63,261 nucleotides of DNA from a virus. Taxonomy: Duplodnaviria > Caudoviricetes. Of this stretch, positions 1-8,700 are shown one piece after another; within the stretch, counting starts at the first letter, position 1, and the number at the start of each line of letters is the position of its first letter. The notes below the pieces were generated by a model that saw nothing but the letters and a program-made list of their open reading frames with translations, was not told the DNA's origin and searched no databases. The position numbers and the translations under genes were made by a program. The DNA lies in IMG/VR virus record IMGVR_UViG_3300026156_000001, positions 1 to 63,261 of that record, one strand, 5' to 3'.

Positions 1-26
1 ACTAAGCAGGGTTTAGATAGTGAATA

Positions 27-320
27 TCAATTTTTGATTTCTTGGATAATATTGGGGAAACTATTGTTGTAATAATCAATTTGAAAGTGATAATCATTAT
101 CTAAATTATTAACGATCAAAGCATAGTTTTTGATTGATTCAATGCCCTCAAATATTGAACATATAAAATCTAAAGGCTCAAGATTATCCGCTTGGTCAAT
201 CGTTACATTTTTTTTGTTGTTTGATTGAATGAATTTAAGGCGGTTATTTTTATGGTTTGTAGCTGGGAAAAATTTAACTCTTATTTGTAGCGTGTTTTTT
301 AATCTTTTTGGTGTGTTCAT
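27..320 (-). CDS. hypothetical early protein
   Basis: 97-aa ORF directly downstream of a consensus Bacteroidota promoter (399-370). Confidence 0.7.
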   Translation of the reverse strand: MNTPKRLKNTLQIRVKFFPATNHKNNRLKFIQSNNKKNVTIDQADNLEPLDFICSIFEGIESIKNYALIVNNLDNDYHFQIDYYNNSFPNIIQEIKN

Positions 321-329
321 GACTTGTTG

Positions 330-420
330 TTATTTAATTGTTATTAAGTTACGTTTGTTAATTGTTTTGTAAAGGTAAAAAAGTTTTTTAATTATACAAG
401 GAAAAAATATAATTTTTTTT
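330..420 (-). repeat. promoter/leader cassette, copy 1
   Basis: Near-identical to 888-978; contains TTG(399-397)-N19-TACCTTTA(377-370) on the minus strand. Confidence 0.85.
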
Positions 421-880
421 ATTTTAAAGTTATTTTATCCGCTTGTCTTTCTGTTATTTCGTCGTTTCTGTGTAGTACGTCTATGTATTCGCAGAAAAGC
501 ACTCTAGTGTCTATACAATATTCATTTTGATCCTGTGGTTTACCATTTTTATACTTTCTTTTTAAATTGTAAAGTTTGAAAAAATTATCGCGGATCTGTT
601 TGAATGTTAGTTTTTTTGATTTTGTGCTCATGACGTTGTTGTTTAGTTTCGTTTTAATTTTCTTTGCTGTGTTTTTAAGGTCACGGGAACCAATAACAAA
701 ACCGCCTCCGAACCATTTACCCCTATATATCTTAGCTCCCATACTCAATGCTTTTTTGTGAGCTTTGTTGTAGTCTGTATCTAATTCTAAAAAATGGAAT
801 ACATAGCGAGGATTCATGTTTGTGTCGTTGTTGACTCTGTAAAAATCAATATTTGAAATTGTTTCTTTTCTTGTGTGCAT
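419..880 (-). CDS. hypothetical early protein
   Basis: 153-aa ORF with its own promoter cassette upstream. Confidence 0.7.
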   Translation of the reverse strand: MHTRKETISNIDFYRVNNDTNMNPRYVFHFLELDTDYNKAHKKALSMGAKIYRGKWFGGGFVIGSRDLKNTAKKIKTKLNNNVMSTKSKKLTFKQIRDNFFKLYNLKRKYKNGKPQDQNEYCIDTRVLFCEYIDVLHRNDEITERQADKITLK

Positions 881-887
881 GATTATT

Positions 888-978
888 TTATTTAATTGTT
901 ATTATTTAGTTTCGTTTCTTAATTGTTTTGTAAAGGTAAAAAAGTTTTTTGATTGTGCAAGGAAAAAATAAATTTTTT
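888..978 (-). repeat. promoter/leader cassette, copy 2
   Basis: TTG(960-958)-N19-TACCTTTA(938-931); shares TTAATTGTTTTGTAAAGGTAAAAAAGTTTTTT with copy 1. Confidence 0.85.
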
Positions 979-1438
979 ATCCTGTTTTAAATAAATTTTC
1001 TAAAGTGTTGAACATGCTGGAGTTGTAAGGGCTATCAATATGCATGGCGTTAATGATAAACTTATAAAAACCACTTATACCGTTTTTGGATTTTATTTGA
1101 GTTTTTTGGATTTTATATGTGTATTCGAAGCTCTCAACTATTTTGATTTTTTTGCTGTTCTCTGTACTAATTGTGTTTTTTTCAAAATCAAAATACAAAT
1201 ACATGTATTTCGTTGGTATTCCATAAATGTTATAAAATACATACAAAATTTTTTCAAATTCGTTAAATTGTTCATTTTCTTCACAATTTTGTGAACATGT
1301 TAGATTTCTGTTTTTCTCTCTCAATGTTGTGCTTATATCGGAACGTATGTCTTTTTGACTTTTTGCAACAAAAGTTAAATAATCTTCGCCGAATGTCTCT
1401 GAAAATTTTACATATTCCCCAATTCTTGATATTTTCAT
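977..1438 (-). CDS. hypothetical protein
   Basis: 153-aa ORF in the leftward cluster with an A-rich leader. Confidence 0.65.
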   Translation of the reverse strand: MKISRIGEYVKFSETFGEDYLTFVAKSQKDIRSDISTTLREKNRNLTCSQNCEENEQFNEFEKILYVFYNIYGIPTKYMYLYFDFEKNTISTENSKKIKIVESFEYTYKIQKTQIKSKNGISGFYKFIINAMHIDSPYNSSMFNTLENLFKTG

Positions 1439-1461
1439 AGTATTATTATTAGTTAAGTTTG

Positions 1462-1779
1462 TTAATTTAGTTTATTACCCTGTAAAAGTTTGTTATTTTC
1501 ATCGTATATGAATTCAAAGCCGTTAGAATCTTTGTACGTTCTTGTGTTGTTGTTTTTGTGATAAGTGTAATTGAATGAGAATCCAGTTGAGGATTTTAAA
1601 CTCAAGGGTTTACCATTTTTGTGGTATTTGATTTCGTAAAATAAGCCGTCAGAATCTTTATAGGTTAAAGTTTCACCGTTTTCGTTAAAACTTTCTTCAT
1701 ATATAACGCCTTCTTCTTCATACTTATGAAAAGAAACTATGTTTGAGTGTTTGTGATAAGTTTTTAGTATTGTGTTCAT
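1462..1779 (-). CDS. beta-hairpin (YD/MORN-like) repeat protein, paralog of 55143-55529
   Basis: Repeats ENGETLTYKDSDG / KNGKPLSLKSSTG / KNNNTRTYKDSNG; start moved to [10 protein letters not shown] because the promoter overlaps the longer ORF start. Confidence 0.7.
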   Translation of the reverse strand: MNTILKTYHKHSNIVSFHKYEEEGVIYEESFNENGETLTYKDSDGLFYEIKYHKNGKPLSLKSSTGFSFNYTYHKNNNTRTYKDSNGFEFIYDENNKLLQGNKLN

Positions 1780-1815
1780 TTTGTTATTAGTTACGTTTGT
1801 TAATTGTTTATATTG

Positions 1816-1846
1816 CAAACATACGGTAAGAATTTACACTTGTCAA
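1816..1846 (-). promoter_or_regulatory. Bacteroidota sigma-A promoter
   Basis: TTG(1846-1844)-N20-TATGTTTG(1823-1816). Confidence 0.75.
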
Positions 1847-1972
1847 CTGACAATTTGTCAGGTTGTAGCTAAAGTGTTGATAATTATAAGGGTAAAGCAT
1901 GAAAAAAATTTAAATTTATTTTGAACCTGACATTTTGTCATGCTTTAAGTAACTATTTGGTACATTTTGTCA
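1847..1972. promoter_or_regulatory. three TGACA-N3-TGTCA palindromic operator-like boxes
   Basis: CTGACAATTTGTCAG 1847-1861, TGACATTTTGTCA 1928-1940, GTACATTTTGTCA 1960-1972. Confidence 0.55.
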
Positions 1973-2783
1973 TCTATGCAAACAAAGTTTGTATAAGTTT
2001 TTGCTATACAGACCTTAACGTGGTAAAGTTTGGGGGTAAAAGTATTTTTTTCTTTTGTATGAGTAGCAGGAGAAAGATTGGCGTCTGAATATCGTGTACG
2101 TTAATCGTTACGCTATACAAACGACCAACCAACAAACGAAACACTTTTCTTTTATTGGTTGAAAATCAATACGTTAAGGTGTGTCTATTATACTAGATTG
2201 CTGGAGTGCTTACAGAATTAACGCCGACCAAATAAAAGTTGAAAAGTATTTGACAAAAAGAAAAACACAGACCCCCCTCCCCCAAATTCAAAACCCGTTT
2301 CCTTTTTGCCTGATTACTAATATATTATACATAGACCCTACTCCCTGAATTTTTGACAAAATTTTTTATAAGCTCATAGAGTACCCTTTTTTCAATTAAA
2401 ATGACACGAGTGGTATCAATATACCAAAAAACAAAAAGAGTTGAAAAAAACCACCTCTATGGGGCTAGAAACAGCATTGTAGCAATATATTAATTACCTA
2501 TCTCGCACCGCCGCCCCCAGATTGTACTTAAAAGATCGAAAACCCTCCTTACGTCGGTTTCCTATCGATTTACTAACTCTTGATTTAATAATTTATTCTC
2601 AATTCTAATTGAAGTTCAGTGAGGGTTACTAAATCCTTTTCTCACTCCAGTGCTGAATACCTCAATTTTGAGCGTTTTTTTACAATTTTTCGTTTTTGCA
2701 CAATTACTTTTTTATAGATATATATTAATTAGATTTATTTAATAACTATACTGAACGTATATACCCTCTTAGAACTACATAAT

Positions 2784-2856
2784 ATCTAAAAGACATTAAT
2801 CTAAAAGACATTATTTCTATTAGACATTAAACGAGTTAGACTTAACCATTAAGACT
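2784..2856. repeat. 15-16-bp tandem repeats (iteron-like)
   Basis: ATCTAAAAGACATTA twice exactly (2784-2813), followed by degenerate AGAC(A)TTA units. Confidence 0.6.
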
Positions 2857-3121
2857 AATATTATTATACATAAACTATTATTAATATTAACCTCTATTAT
2901 ATAATTATTTATTATATAAATAAATGTATATTAAGGTTTCTATTAAGAAAAAATACACTTTTTTTACAAACTACCAAATTGAATCAAAAAACTAACTTTC
3001 AACAACTTAATAAACCACCTCATCATAAAAAATTACCAAACCATCCAAAAAATAACGAGGTAACCCCTAAATCAACACCATCTCTAAAACACTTAAAAAC
3101 CCAGTACTTTTATGCAAAATA

Positions 3122-3152
3122 TTGACATAACCAAACTAATAAATTATCTTTG
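3122..3152 (+). promoter_or_regulatory. Bacteroidota sigma-A promoter
   Basis: TTG(3122)-N20-TATCTTTG(3145-3152). Confidence 0.75.
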
Positions 3153-3168
3153 TAAAAAACCAAAACAA

Positions 3169-3594
3169 ATGACAGTTTTAGAAACAGTAAATAACCTACC
3201 ATACTCCGATAAGTTCGACTTATGGATGCAGTACTACATCTCACAATTAGAAGTAAAATACCACAACGTGTACGTCAGGATTTATGATCAATTTGATGAT
3301 TTAGAAATAAAATATTTAGGGAATCAACTTTCATATAGCACTAGTCCTGTAGATAAACTGTGTAAAACAGTAAGTAGTCTAAACGGCTGGGGGAACACAC
3401 CTTACACTCAAACGTATGGTTTAAGAATATATGAAGTCGGTAGGAATATACCAATCCTATCATTCGAAGAGTTCTATAAAGTTAATGAATCAATAGATCG
3501 GGGAGAAAACTGGAAAGAGAAAGGTTTTGCACAAAGACACTCTGTACCTTTCTCAGAAGCATCAAATTATTACAATAGATTTACTCTTGTATAA
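3169..3594 (+). CDS. hypothetical protein
   Basis: Start moved to the ATG at 3169, downstream of the promoter. Confidence 0.7.
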   Translation: MTVLETVNNLPYSDKFDLWMQYYISQLEVKYHNVYVRIYDQFDDLEIKYLGNQLSYSTSPVDKLCKTVSSLNGWGNTPYTQTYGLRIYEVGRNIPILSFEEFYKVNESIDRGENWKEKGFAQRHSVPFSEASNYYNRFTLV

Positions 3595-3617
3595 TTAAAA
3601 AATTCATTTTATATTTG
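3587..3617 (+). promoter_or_regulatory. Bacteroidota sigma-A promoter
   Basis: TTG(3587)-N20-TATATTTG(3610-3617). Confidence 0.75.
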
Positions 3618-3650
3618 TACACATATAACAATTTTAAAACAAAACATATT

Positions 3651-4355
3651 ATGAACAATTACGTAGGATACTACAGAGTATCAACAGAAGAACAAGGTAA
3701 TTCGGGGTTGGGTTTACACGCACAGAAAGCATCAGTTTTAGATTTTGCATCTAAAAATGGTTCTTTATTATCAGAGTATCGTGATGTAGAATCAGGATTA
3801 TCCGAATCAAGAAAAGGTATAGAGAAAGCAATTCAAGATTGTAAAATGTACGGCGCTACTCTTTTAGTAAAAGAATTATCTCGTATAACCCGAGGTGGGT
3901 TCAAGTACAGACAGATGTTAGAACAAGAAAAAATCAACTACATCGAGGTTAATTCCCCACATGATCCACAGTTAGTAAAAGAAATTAAATTTTCTTTAGC
4001 TAAAGAAGAAAGAGATAAGATTAGTGCTAGAACTAAAGACGCTCTTGGTCAGATCAAATCGAAATTAAAAAGAGGGGAGAGACATGTATCAAAAGCAGGG
4101 AACGTTATTAAATCATTAGGTACACCCTCTAACCTAACAGATGAATCCAGAAAGCGTGCTATCGAAGTAAGAAAGAGAAATGCAATGACTAACACTAACA
4201 ACATGAAAGCTGGTAAGTATATTGTTGCATTAAGAAAGTTAGGTAAAACATTTGACGAAATTACTAAAGAGTTAAACGACGCAGGGTTTAAAAGTAGTAG
4301 AGGAGGTAGTTTTAACAAAGGGCAAACATTCAGACTATATAAAACATATAATTAA
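3651..4355 (+). CDS. serine recombinase (resolvase/invertase family)
   Basis: YYRVSTEEQ catalytic Ser motif, DVESG, LLVKELSRITR, EERDKISART; short C-terminal DNA-binding domain. Confidence 0.9.
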   Translation: MNNYVGYYRVSTEEQGNSGLGLHAQKASVLDFASKNGSLLSEYRDVESGLSESRKGIEKAIQDCKMYGATLLVKELSRITRGGFKYRQMLEQEKINYIEVNSPHDPQLVKEIKFSLAKEERDKISARTKDALGQIKSKLKRGERHVSKAGNVIKSLGTPSNLTDESRKRAIEVRKRNAMTNTNNMKAGKYIVALRKLGKTFDEITKELNDAGFKSSRGGSFNKGQTFRLYKTYN

Positions 4356-4361
4356 AAATAA

Positions 4362-4811
4362 ATGATAATTCAACACAAAGAAAACGAAGATGGTTTAATA
4401 GAGGGTGTATCTTTTAAAAACGGAGTTTTAGAAACGTACGGAAATATGTACATATTTGGAGAAAACCTAGAGAACTTATACTCCTTGTTAAAGGATTACT
4501 ACATCCGAATGGAATCATTAAAAGAGTTAGAAAAACAAGTATGTTTAGACGATTATGATTTTGAAGAAGGATATAACACAATAGAAAAAGAAGTTAAAAC
4601 ATCATATGGTTTATTGAGAGTTACTTTAGTAGTACATTATAACTTTACAGGAACACCTTTTACAGATGACGATAACAGTTCAATAACACACCTAGAGGAC
4701 GTTACTAAAATTGAGTTTTATGATGCAGATGGAAGGATGATGAAAACAGATATAACAAAAGATGATGTAGCGTTTGTATTAGGTGATATAATTAATAAAA
4801 GACTTTTTTAA
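4362..4811 (+). CDS. hypothetical protein
   Basis: 149-aa ORF tightly packed in the operon. Confidence 0.7.
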   Translation: MIIQHKENEDGLIEGVSFKNGVLETYGNMYIFGENLENLYSLLKDYYIRMESLKELEKQVCLDDYDFEEGYNTIEKEVKTSYGLLRVTLVVHYNFTGTPFTDDDNSSITHLEDVTKIEFYDADGRMMKTDITKDDVAFVLGDIINKRLF

Positions 4812-4815
4812 GACA

Positions 4816-5940
4816 ATGGCACAAATAGATAAAACATACCACAAACTAGTAAATAAAATACTAAAAGAAGGGTTTTCATATGAAGACCCTAACCGTAAAG
4901 GTGTTAAAAGACTACAGATACCTAGCTATACTTTTAAACACGAATTTAAAGATGGATTTCCAGCCATCACAACTAAAAAGTTATATTGGAAAGGGATAGT
5001 AGGAGAGTTACTATGGTTTTTAAAAGGGGATACTAATATTAAATATTTGGTAGACAATGGTATTAATATTTGGAATAAGGATGCTTATAATTACTATTTA
5101 AATATAGCAAAAATACACAAAAACGAACGCAATCTTTTTTCATTACGTGAATTTTCAACCTATATAAAAGACCCAAGAACATTGCCAGTAGAAGGAAGAA
5201 TTTCAAATCAAAATCCAGATTACAAATTAGGAGACCTTGGCAAAGTATATGGTGCTCAATGGAGAAGATGGAGTTCTTTTAAAGAAGAAGATAATGGATT
5301 ACTTGGTGTAATTAATTATGAAAAATATTCAGATCAGCTATCTAATCTTATTAAAGGATTAAAAGAAACTCCTATGGGTACAAGGCATATTGTTACAGCT
5401 TGGAATCCTGCCGAATTAGATGATATGGCTTTACCACCTTGCCATTGGAGTTTTGAGATATTGGTTGAGCCTTTGAATAGATTAAAATATTGTAAAGAAA
5501 ACAATATCGAATTACCAGAACTTGAAGCAGGATTAGAAAACGCTGGAGACTGTCTAAACTCTTATGAGATACCAAAATACCAATTTACTTTAAAATGGCA
5601 TCAGCGTTCAGTAGATACATTCTTAGGTCTTCCATTTAATATAGCATCTTACGCCTTATTAGCCCACATACTAGGTAAAATGACCAACATGATACCTAAA
5701 GCTATCGTAGGTGATTTATCTAATGTACATATCTATGAACCTCATTTAGACGCTGTTAAAGAGCAATTAAGTAAAGATGTTAATAAGTATGGTAGTTGTG
5801 AGTTAGATATGAATAATAAGTTAGTTTATCAGGAATCTGTTAATAAGTGTATAGACCTAATGAAAATATCAGATTTTAGACTAAAGAACTATGAATCATA
5901 CCCGAGTATAAATGCCGAAATGTTAGCGTATAATAAATAA
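4816..5940 (+). CDS. thyA: thymidylate synthase
   Basis: FPAITTKK, ELLWFLKG, LGKVYGAQWR, MALPPCH, QRSVDTFLGLPFNIASY, HIYEPH. Confidence 0.97.
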   Translation: MAQIDKTYHKLVNKILKEGFSYEDPNRKGVKRLQIPSYTFKHEFKDGFPAITTKKLYWKGIVGELLWFLKGDTNIKYLVDNGINIWNKDAYNYYLNIAKIHKNERNLFSLREFSTYIKDPRTLPVEGRISNQNPDYKLGDLGKVYGAQWRRWSSFKEEDNGLLGVINYEKYSDQLSNLIKGLKETPMGTRHIVTAWNPAELDDMALPPCHWSFEILVEPLNRLKYCKENNIELPELEAGLENAGDCLNSYEIPKYQFTLKWHQRSVDTFLGLPFNIASYALLAHILGKMTNMIPKAIVGDLSNVHIYEPHLDAVKEQLSKDVNKYGSCELDMNNKLVYQESVNKCIDLMKISDFRLKNYESYPSINAEMLAYNK

Positions 5941-5945
5941 TAGAT

Positions 5946-6182
5946 ATGATTAAAAGCAGTGTTGAAAAACTATCCGAGACTATCGGATTTGAAATAGGAA
6001 CTAGCGATGATGTAACACAAGCATTATTAATTAATGGATTTTGCAGAGGGTTAAATAACTCTATACTACAAAAAACAAATTTAGATATGCAGTTATGTCA
6101 CATAGCAGATAAATTAAACGAAAAGAGTGAAAAAATTTTGATCGAATTAGTAGAATTTATTAAACTAAAAAATGAAAAATAA
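5946..6182 (+). CDS. hypothetical protein
   Basis: 78-aa ORF in the operon. Confidence 0.65.
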   Translation: MIKSSVEKLSETIGFEIGTSDDVTQALLINGFCRGLNNSILQKTNLDMQLCHIADKLNEKSEKILIELVEFIKLKNEK

Positions 6183-6291
6183 AATGAAACAAGAAAAAAC
6201 AATAGAAGAGATAAAAAAGAGTTATTTGATGATTTTAAATCAAATAAGAACAACTCAGAAAATAGTAGAACATATAGAATCTAATAAATAA
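6172..6291 (+). CDS. small hypothetical protein
   Basis: 39-aa ORF (MKNKMKQEKTIEEIKK...) filling the gap between neighbours; absent from the supplied track. Confidence 0.4.
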   Translation: MKNKMKQEKTIEEIKKSYLMILNQIRTTQKIVEHIESNK

Positions 6292-6296
6292 AAACC

Positions 6297-6626
6297 ATGA
6301 GCGGAGGACATTTCGAATATAATCAATATAGAATCAATGATGTAGTTGACTCTATAGAAGAACTGATACAAAAAAACGGTAGATTAAAAACAAAAGAAGA
6401 AAAAAAAGACGAGGGGTGGTATGACCCAGACTTCTATGAAAAATACCCCGAAGAAAATTACCATACAAAATATTCTGATAAAGTAATAGAAGAATTTAAA
6501 AAAGCTGTTTTTTATTTAAAAAAGGCTAGTATCTACACACAAAGAATAGATTGGTTTATTAGTGGTGATGATTCAGAAGAAAGTTTTCACGAAAGATTAA
6601 AAGAAGATTTAGAAAATGAAAAATAA
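6297..6626 (+). CDS. phage hypothetical protein (MSGGHF-type)
   Basis: MSGGHFEY...IDWFISGDDSEESF, a pattern recalled from many phages. Confidence 0.75.
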   Translation: MSGGHFEYNQYRINDVVDSIEELIQKNGRLKTKEEKKDEGWYDPDFYEKYPEENYHTKYSDKVIEEFKKAVFYLKKASIYTQRIDWFISGDDSEESFHERLKEDLENEK

Positions 6627-7179
6627 TCTAATAGGTATTTCAGGACGTATTGGTTCAGGTAAAGACACTGTAGGTTATATTATTCAATCTTTACACCCCG
6701 ATTATCAAATCAAAAAGTTTGCTGATAAACTCAAACAAAGAATAGCTTTAACATGGGGTATAGACAGAATAAAACTAGAAGATAGAGGATTTAAAAACTC
6801 AATAATACCTCAATTAGGAATCACTTGGAGAAAACTAATGCAGTTAGAAGGAGAGAAGATGAGGGAAATTAATAAAGATTATTGGGTTAACGCTTTATTT
6901 TCCGATTACTCTGATTTTTACAACAGTATGTTTTCAGTTAGAAACGGTTATAAAGAACCTAAAAACAAATGGATAATTACTGACGTTAGATTCCCTAATG
7001 AAGTCAAAGCTATTAAAGATAGAGGTGGTATTGTGATCAGGGTTAATAGAAACACTAGTGAACTTAGTAACCACGAATCAGAAACAGCTCTAGATAATGC
7101 TAAATTTGATTATATTATTGACAATAATTCTGATATTCGATCTCTTATAGAAAAAGTAAAAAATTTGGATATTATATAA
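6616..7179 (+). CDS. deoxynucleoside monophosphate kinase
   Basis: GISGRIGSGKDT P-loop, FADKLK, IITDVRFPNE, HESE. Confidence 0.92.
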   Translation: MKNNLIGISGRIGSGKDTVGYIIQSLHPDYQIKKFADKLKQRIALTWGIDRIKLEDRGFKNSIIPQLGITWRKLMQLEGEKMREINKDYWVNALFSDYSDFYNSMFSVRNGYKEPKNKWIITDVRFPNEVKAIKDRGGIVIRVNRNTSELSNHESETALDNAKFDYIIDNNSDIRSLIEKVKNLDII

Positions 7180-7195
7180 TATTTAATTATCTTTA
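7165..7195 (+). promoter_or_regulatory. Bacteroidota sigma-A promoter
   Basis: TTG(7165)-N20-TATCTTTA(7188-7195). Confidence 0.65.
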
Positions 7196-7311
7196 CAATC
7201 AAGATTTAACGATAATACTATAAATCAAATAGTTACACACTCGTTTTATAACATATTAAAGGAAAACTTACTTTTGTGGGTAAGTTTAACATCCTTTAAA
7301 AATTTTATAAA

Positions 7312-7599
7312 ATGGGAAAAGTACAAAGAGCTATAAGCGAGTTCAGAAATGTTGTAGTAAACAACAACGTAGCACAAATATCAGCACCTATTGATGCTCA
7401 TGCGGCTATCTTAGGTATGGTAGAAGATTTTGAAAGCGACTACTTCAAAGATCCAAGTATCGCTAATTTAGCAGCAGCTACTGTTTTAAGAACAGGAAGA
7501 CAGAATAGTCAAATTCATGTTTTCACAGTAACTACTACTTTCGCTACAGGAACGTATTCAATTCAATACGTTGAAACAAAACCTAACGCAAAATCTTAA
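7312..7599 (+). CDS. hypothetical protein (monocistronic, possibly virion-associated)
   Basis: 95-aa ORF with its own promoter and terminator. Confidence 0.7.
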   Translation: MGKVQRAISEFRNVVVNNNVAQISAPIDAHAAILGMVEDFESDYFKDPSIANLAAATVLRTGRQNSQIHVFTVTTTFATGTYSIQYVETKPNAKS

Positions 7600-7683
7600 C
7601 GAGTTTGTGTAAAAATTTCCAGTTATGTTTTAGATCACGCCCGTGATCGTTTTTTCATAGTTGTAGTTTTTTAATTGTTATGT

Positions 7684-7722
7684 AAAACCCCTTGCTTCTG
7701 TGAGGGGTTTTTTTTATATTTG
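7684..7722 (+). terminator. intrinsic terminator overlapping the next promoter
   Basis: AAAACCCCTT/GAGGGGTTTT stem plus T-run; TTG(7692)-N20-TATATTTG(7715-7722). Confidence 0.8.
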
Positions 7723-7738
7723 TTAAAAATATAATAAG

Positions 7739-8398
7739 ATGGATGAAAAAACTATAAAATGGCACGAACAACAAATCCGTATAAAGAAGTTAGCCAACAG
7801 AGGTAAGTTAGACTCTCTTGAAGGTCAAGATAAGATAGATGCGTTAAAATATGCGAAGAGGTACAAGTCAAAGGCTAATAGAACACTAAGACCAATTAAT
7901 AGATATTACCGTGTAGATAAACAACCAAGAGCTTATTCTATAAGTAGAGAATATGATTTTTTGAAATATTTACCATTGGTTTTTTCATGGGCACTCAAAC
8001 AAAAACCAGATTTAGGAAGACTTGATTTAGAGGCATTAATATACCTATACGGTCATGGTCATTTTTTAGTTGAAGAATTTAAACTATTTATTAAGGCTTT
8101 TAGAGGTACTACTCCAAGTTGTGATAAGATGCTACAAAGTTTAGTAGATAGAGGTTATGTAAGGTTAGTTAGGAAAAAAACATACAGCACTAAAGAAATT
8201 TATGGATTAACAGACTCATGTAGTCTTTTTATAGGTAAAATTCACAAGTACTGCTGCGGTGTTGAAAAAATACCAAGACAGGACATGACATTTAATAGAA
8301 GAGTTGAAAGACAGAAAACCACCTATGCGAAAAACAAAAACCGAAAATTATTGAATCTAATTGCACGCATGGATAAAGATATAGACAATAGAGATTAA
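7739..8398 (+). CDS. putative winged-helix DNA-binding protein
   Basis: LGRLDLEALIYLY...LQSLVDRGYVRLVR...YGLTD resembles a MarR-type wHTH; very basic. Confidence 0.5.
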   Translation: MDEKTIKWHEQQIRIKKLANRGKLDSLEGQDKIDALKYAKRYKSKANRTLRPINRYYRVDKQPRAYSISREYDFLKYLPLVFSWALKQKPDLGRLDLEALIYLYGHGHFLVEEFKLFIKAFRGTTPSCDKMLQSLVDRGYVRLVRKKTYSTKEIYGLTDSCSLFIGKIHKYCCGVEKIPRQDMTFNRRVERQKTTYAKNKNRKLLNLIARMDKDIDNRD

Positions 8399-8634
8399 CG
8401 ATTCCCTTCTCCTCTTCTACCACGATTGGTAGAACTTTTAACAAACCTTTTGGTTGCGTGATCGTAGTCTTTACCTGCTATGCTTTTACCGTTCTTTTTA
8501 GCTTCCTTACGCTTTCTACCACATTCTGTTCTTTTTTTTATTTGTTCAGGACGTGCGTTAATCTTTTTATCTGTTTGAGCCTTTTTCTTACGAGCCTTAG
8601 GATTCTCCTGATAATATTTAGTACTTTTACCCAT
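8395..8634 (-). CDS. small basic protein with HNH-like remnant
   Basis: GKDYDH...STNRGR; K/R rich; fills the gap antisense to its neighbours. Confidence 0.6.
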   Translation of the reverse strand: MGKSTKYYQENPKARKKKAQTDKKINARPEQIKKRTECGRKRKEAKKNGKSIAGKDYDHATKRFVKSSTNRGRRGEGNR

Positions 8635-8700
8635 TTCATTTTTATCTAAAAAGTGATCAATGATCTTTGTATTTATATTTGTAAATATAAAGATTATTCA

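Noticed and set aside
2272-2298. G-quadruplex on the minus strand
   Set aside because: Only three runs of three or more C lie close together
330-2856. CRISPR array
   Set aside because: Repeats are promoter cassettes separated by whole genes, or spacer-less tandem units; the Cas4-like gene at 44024 has no cas context
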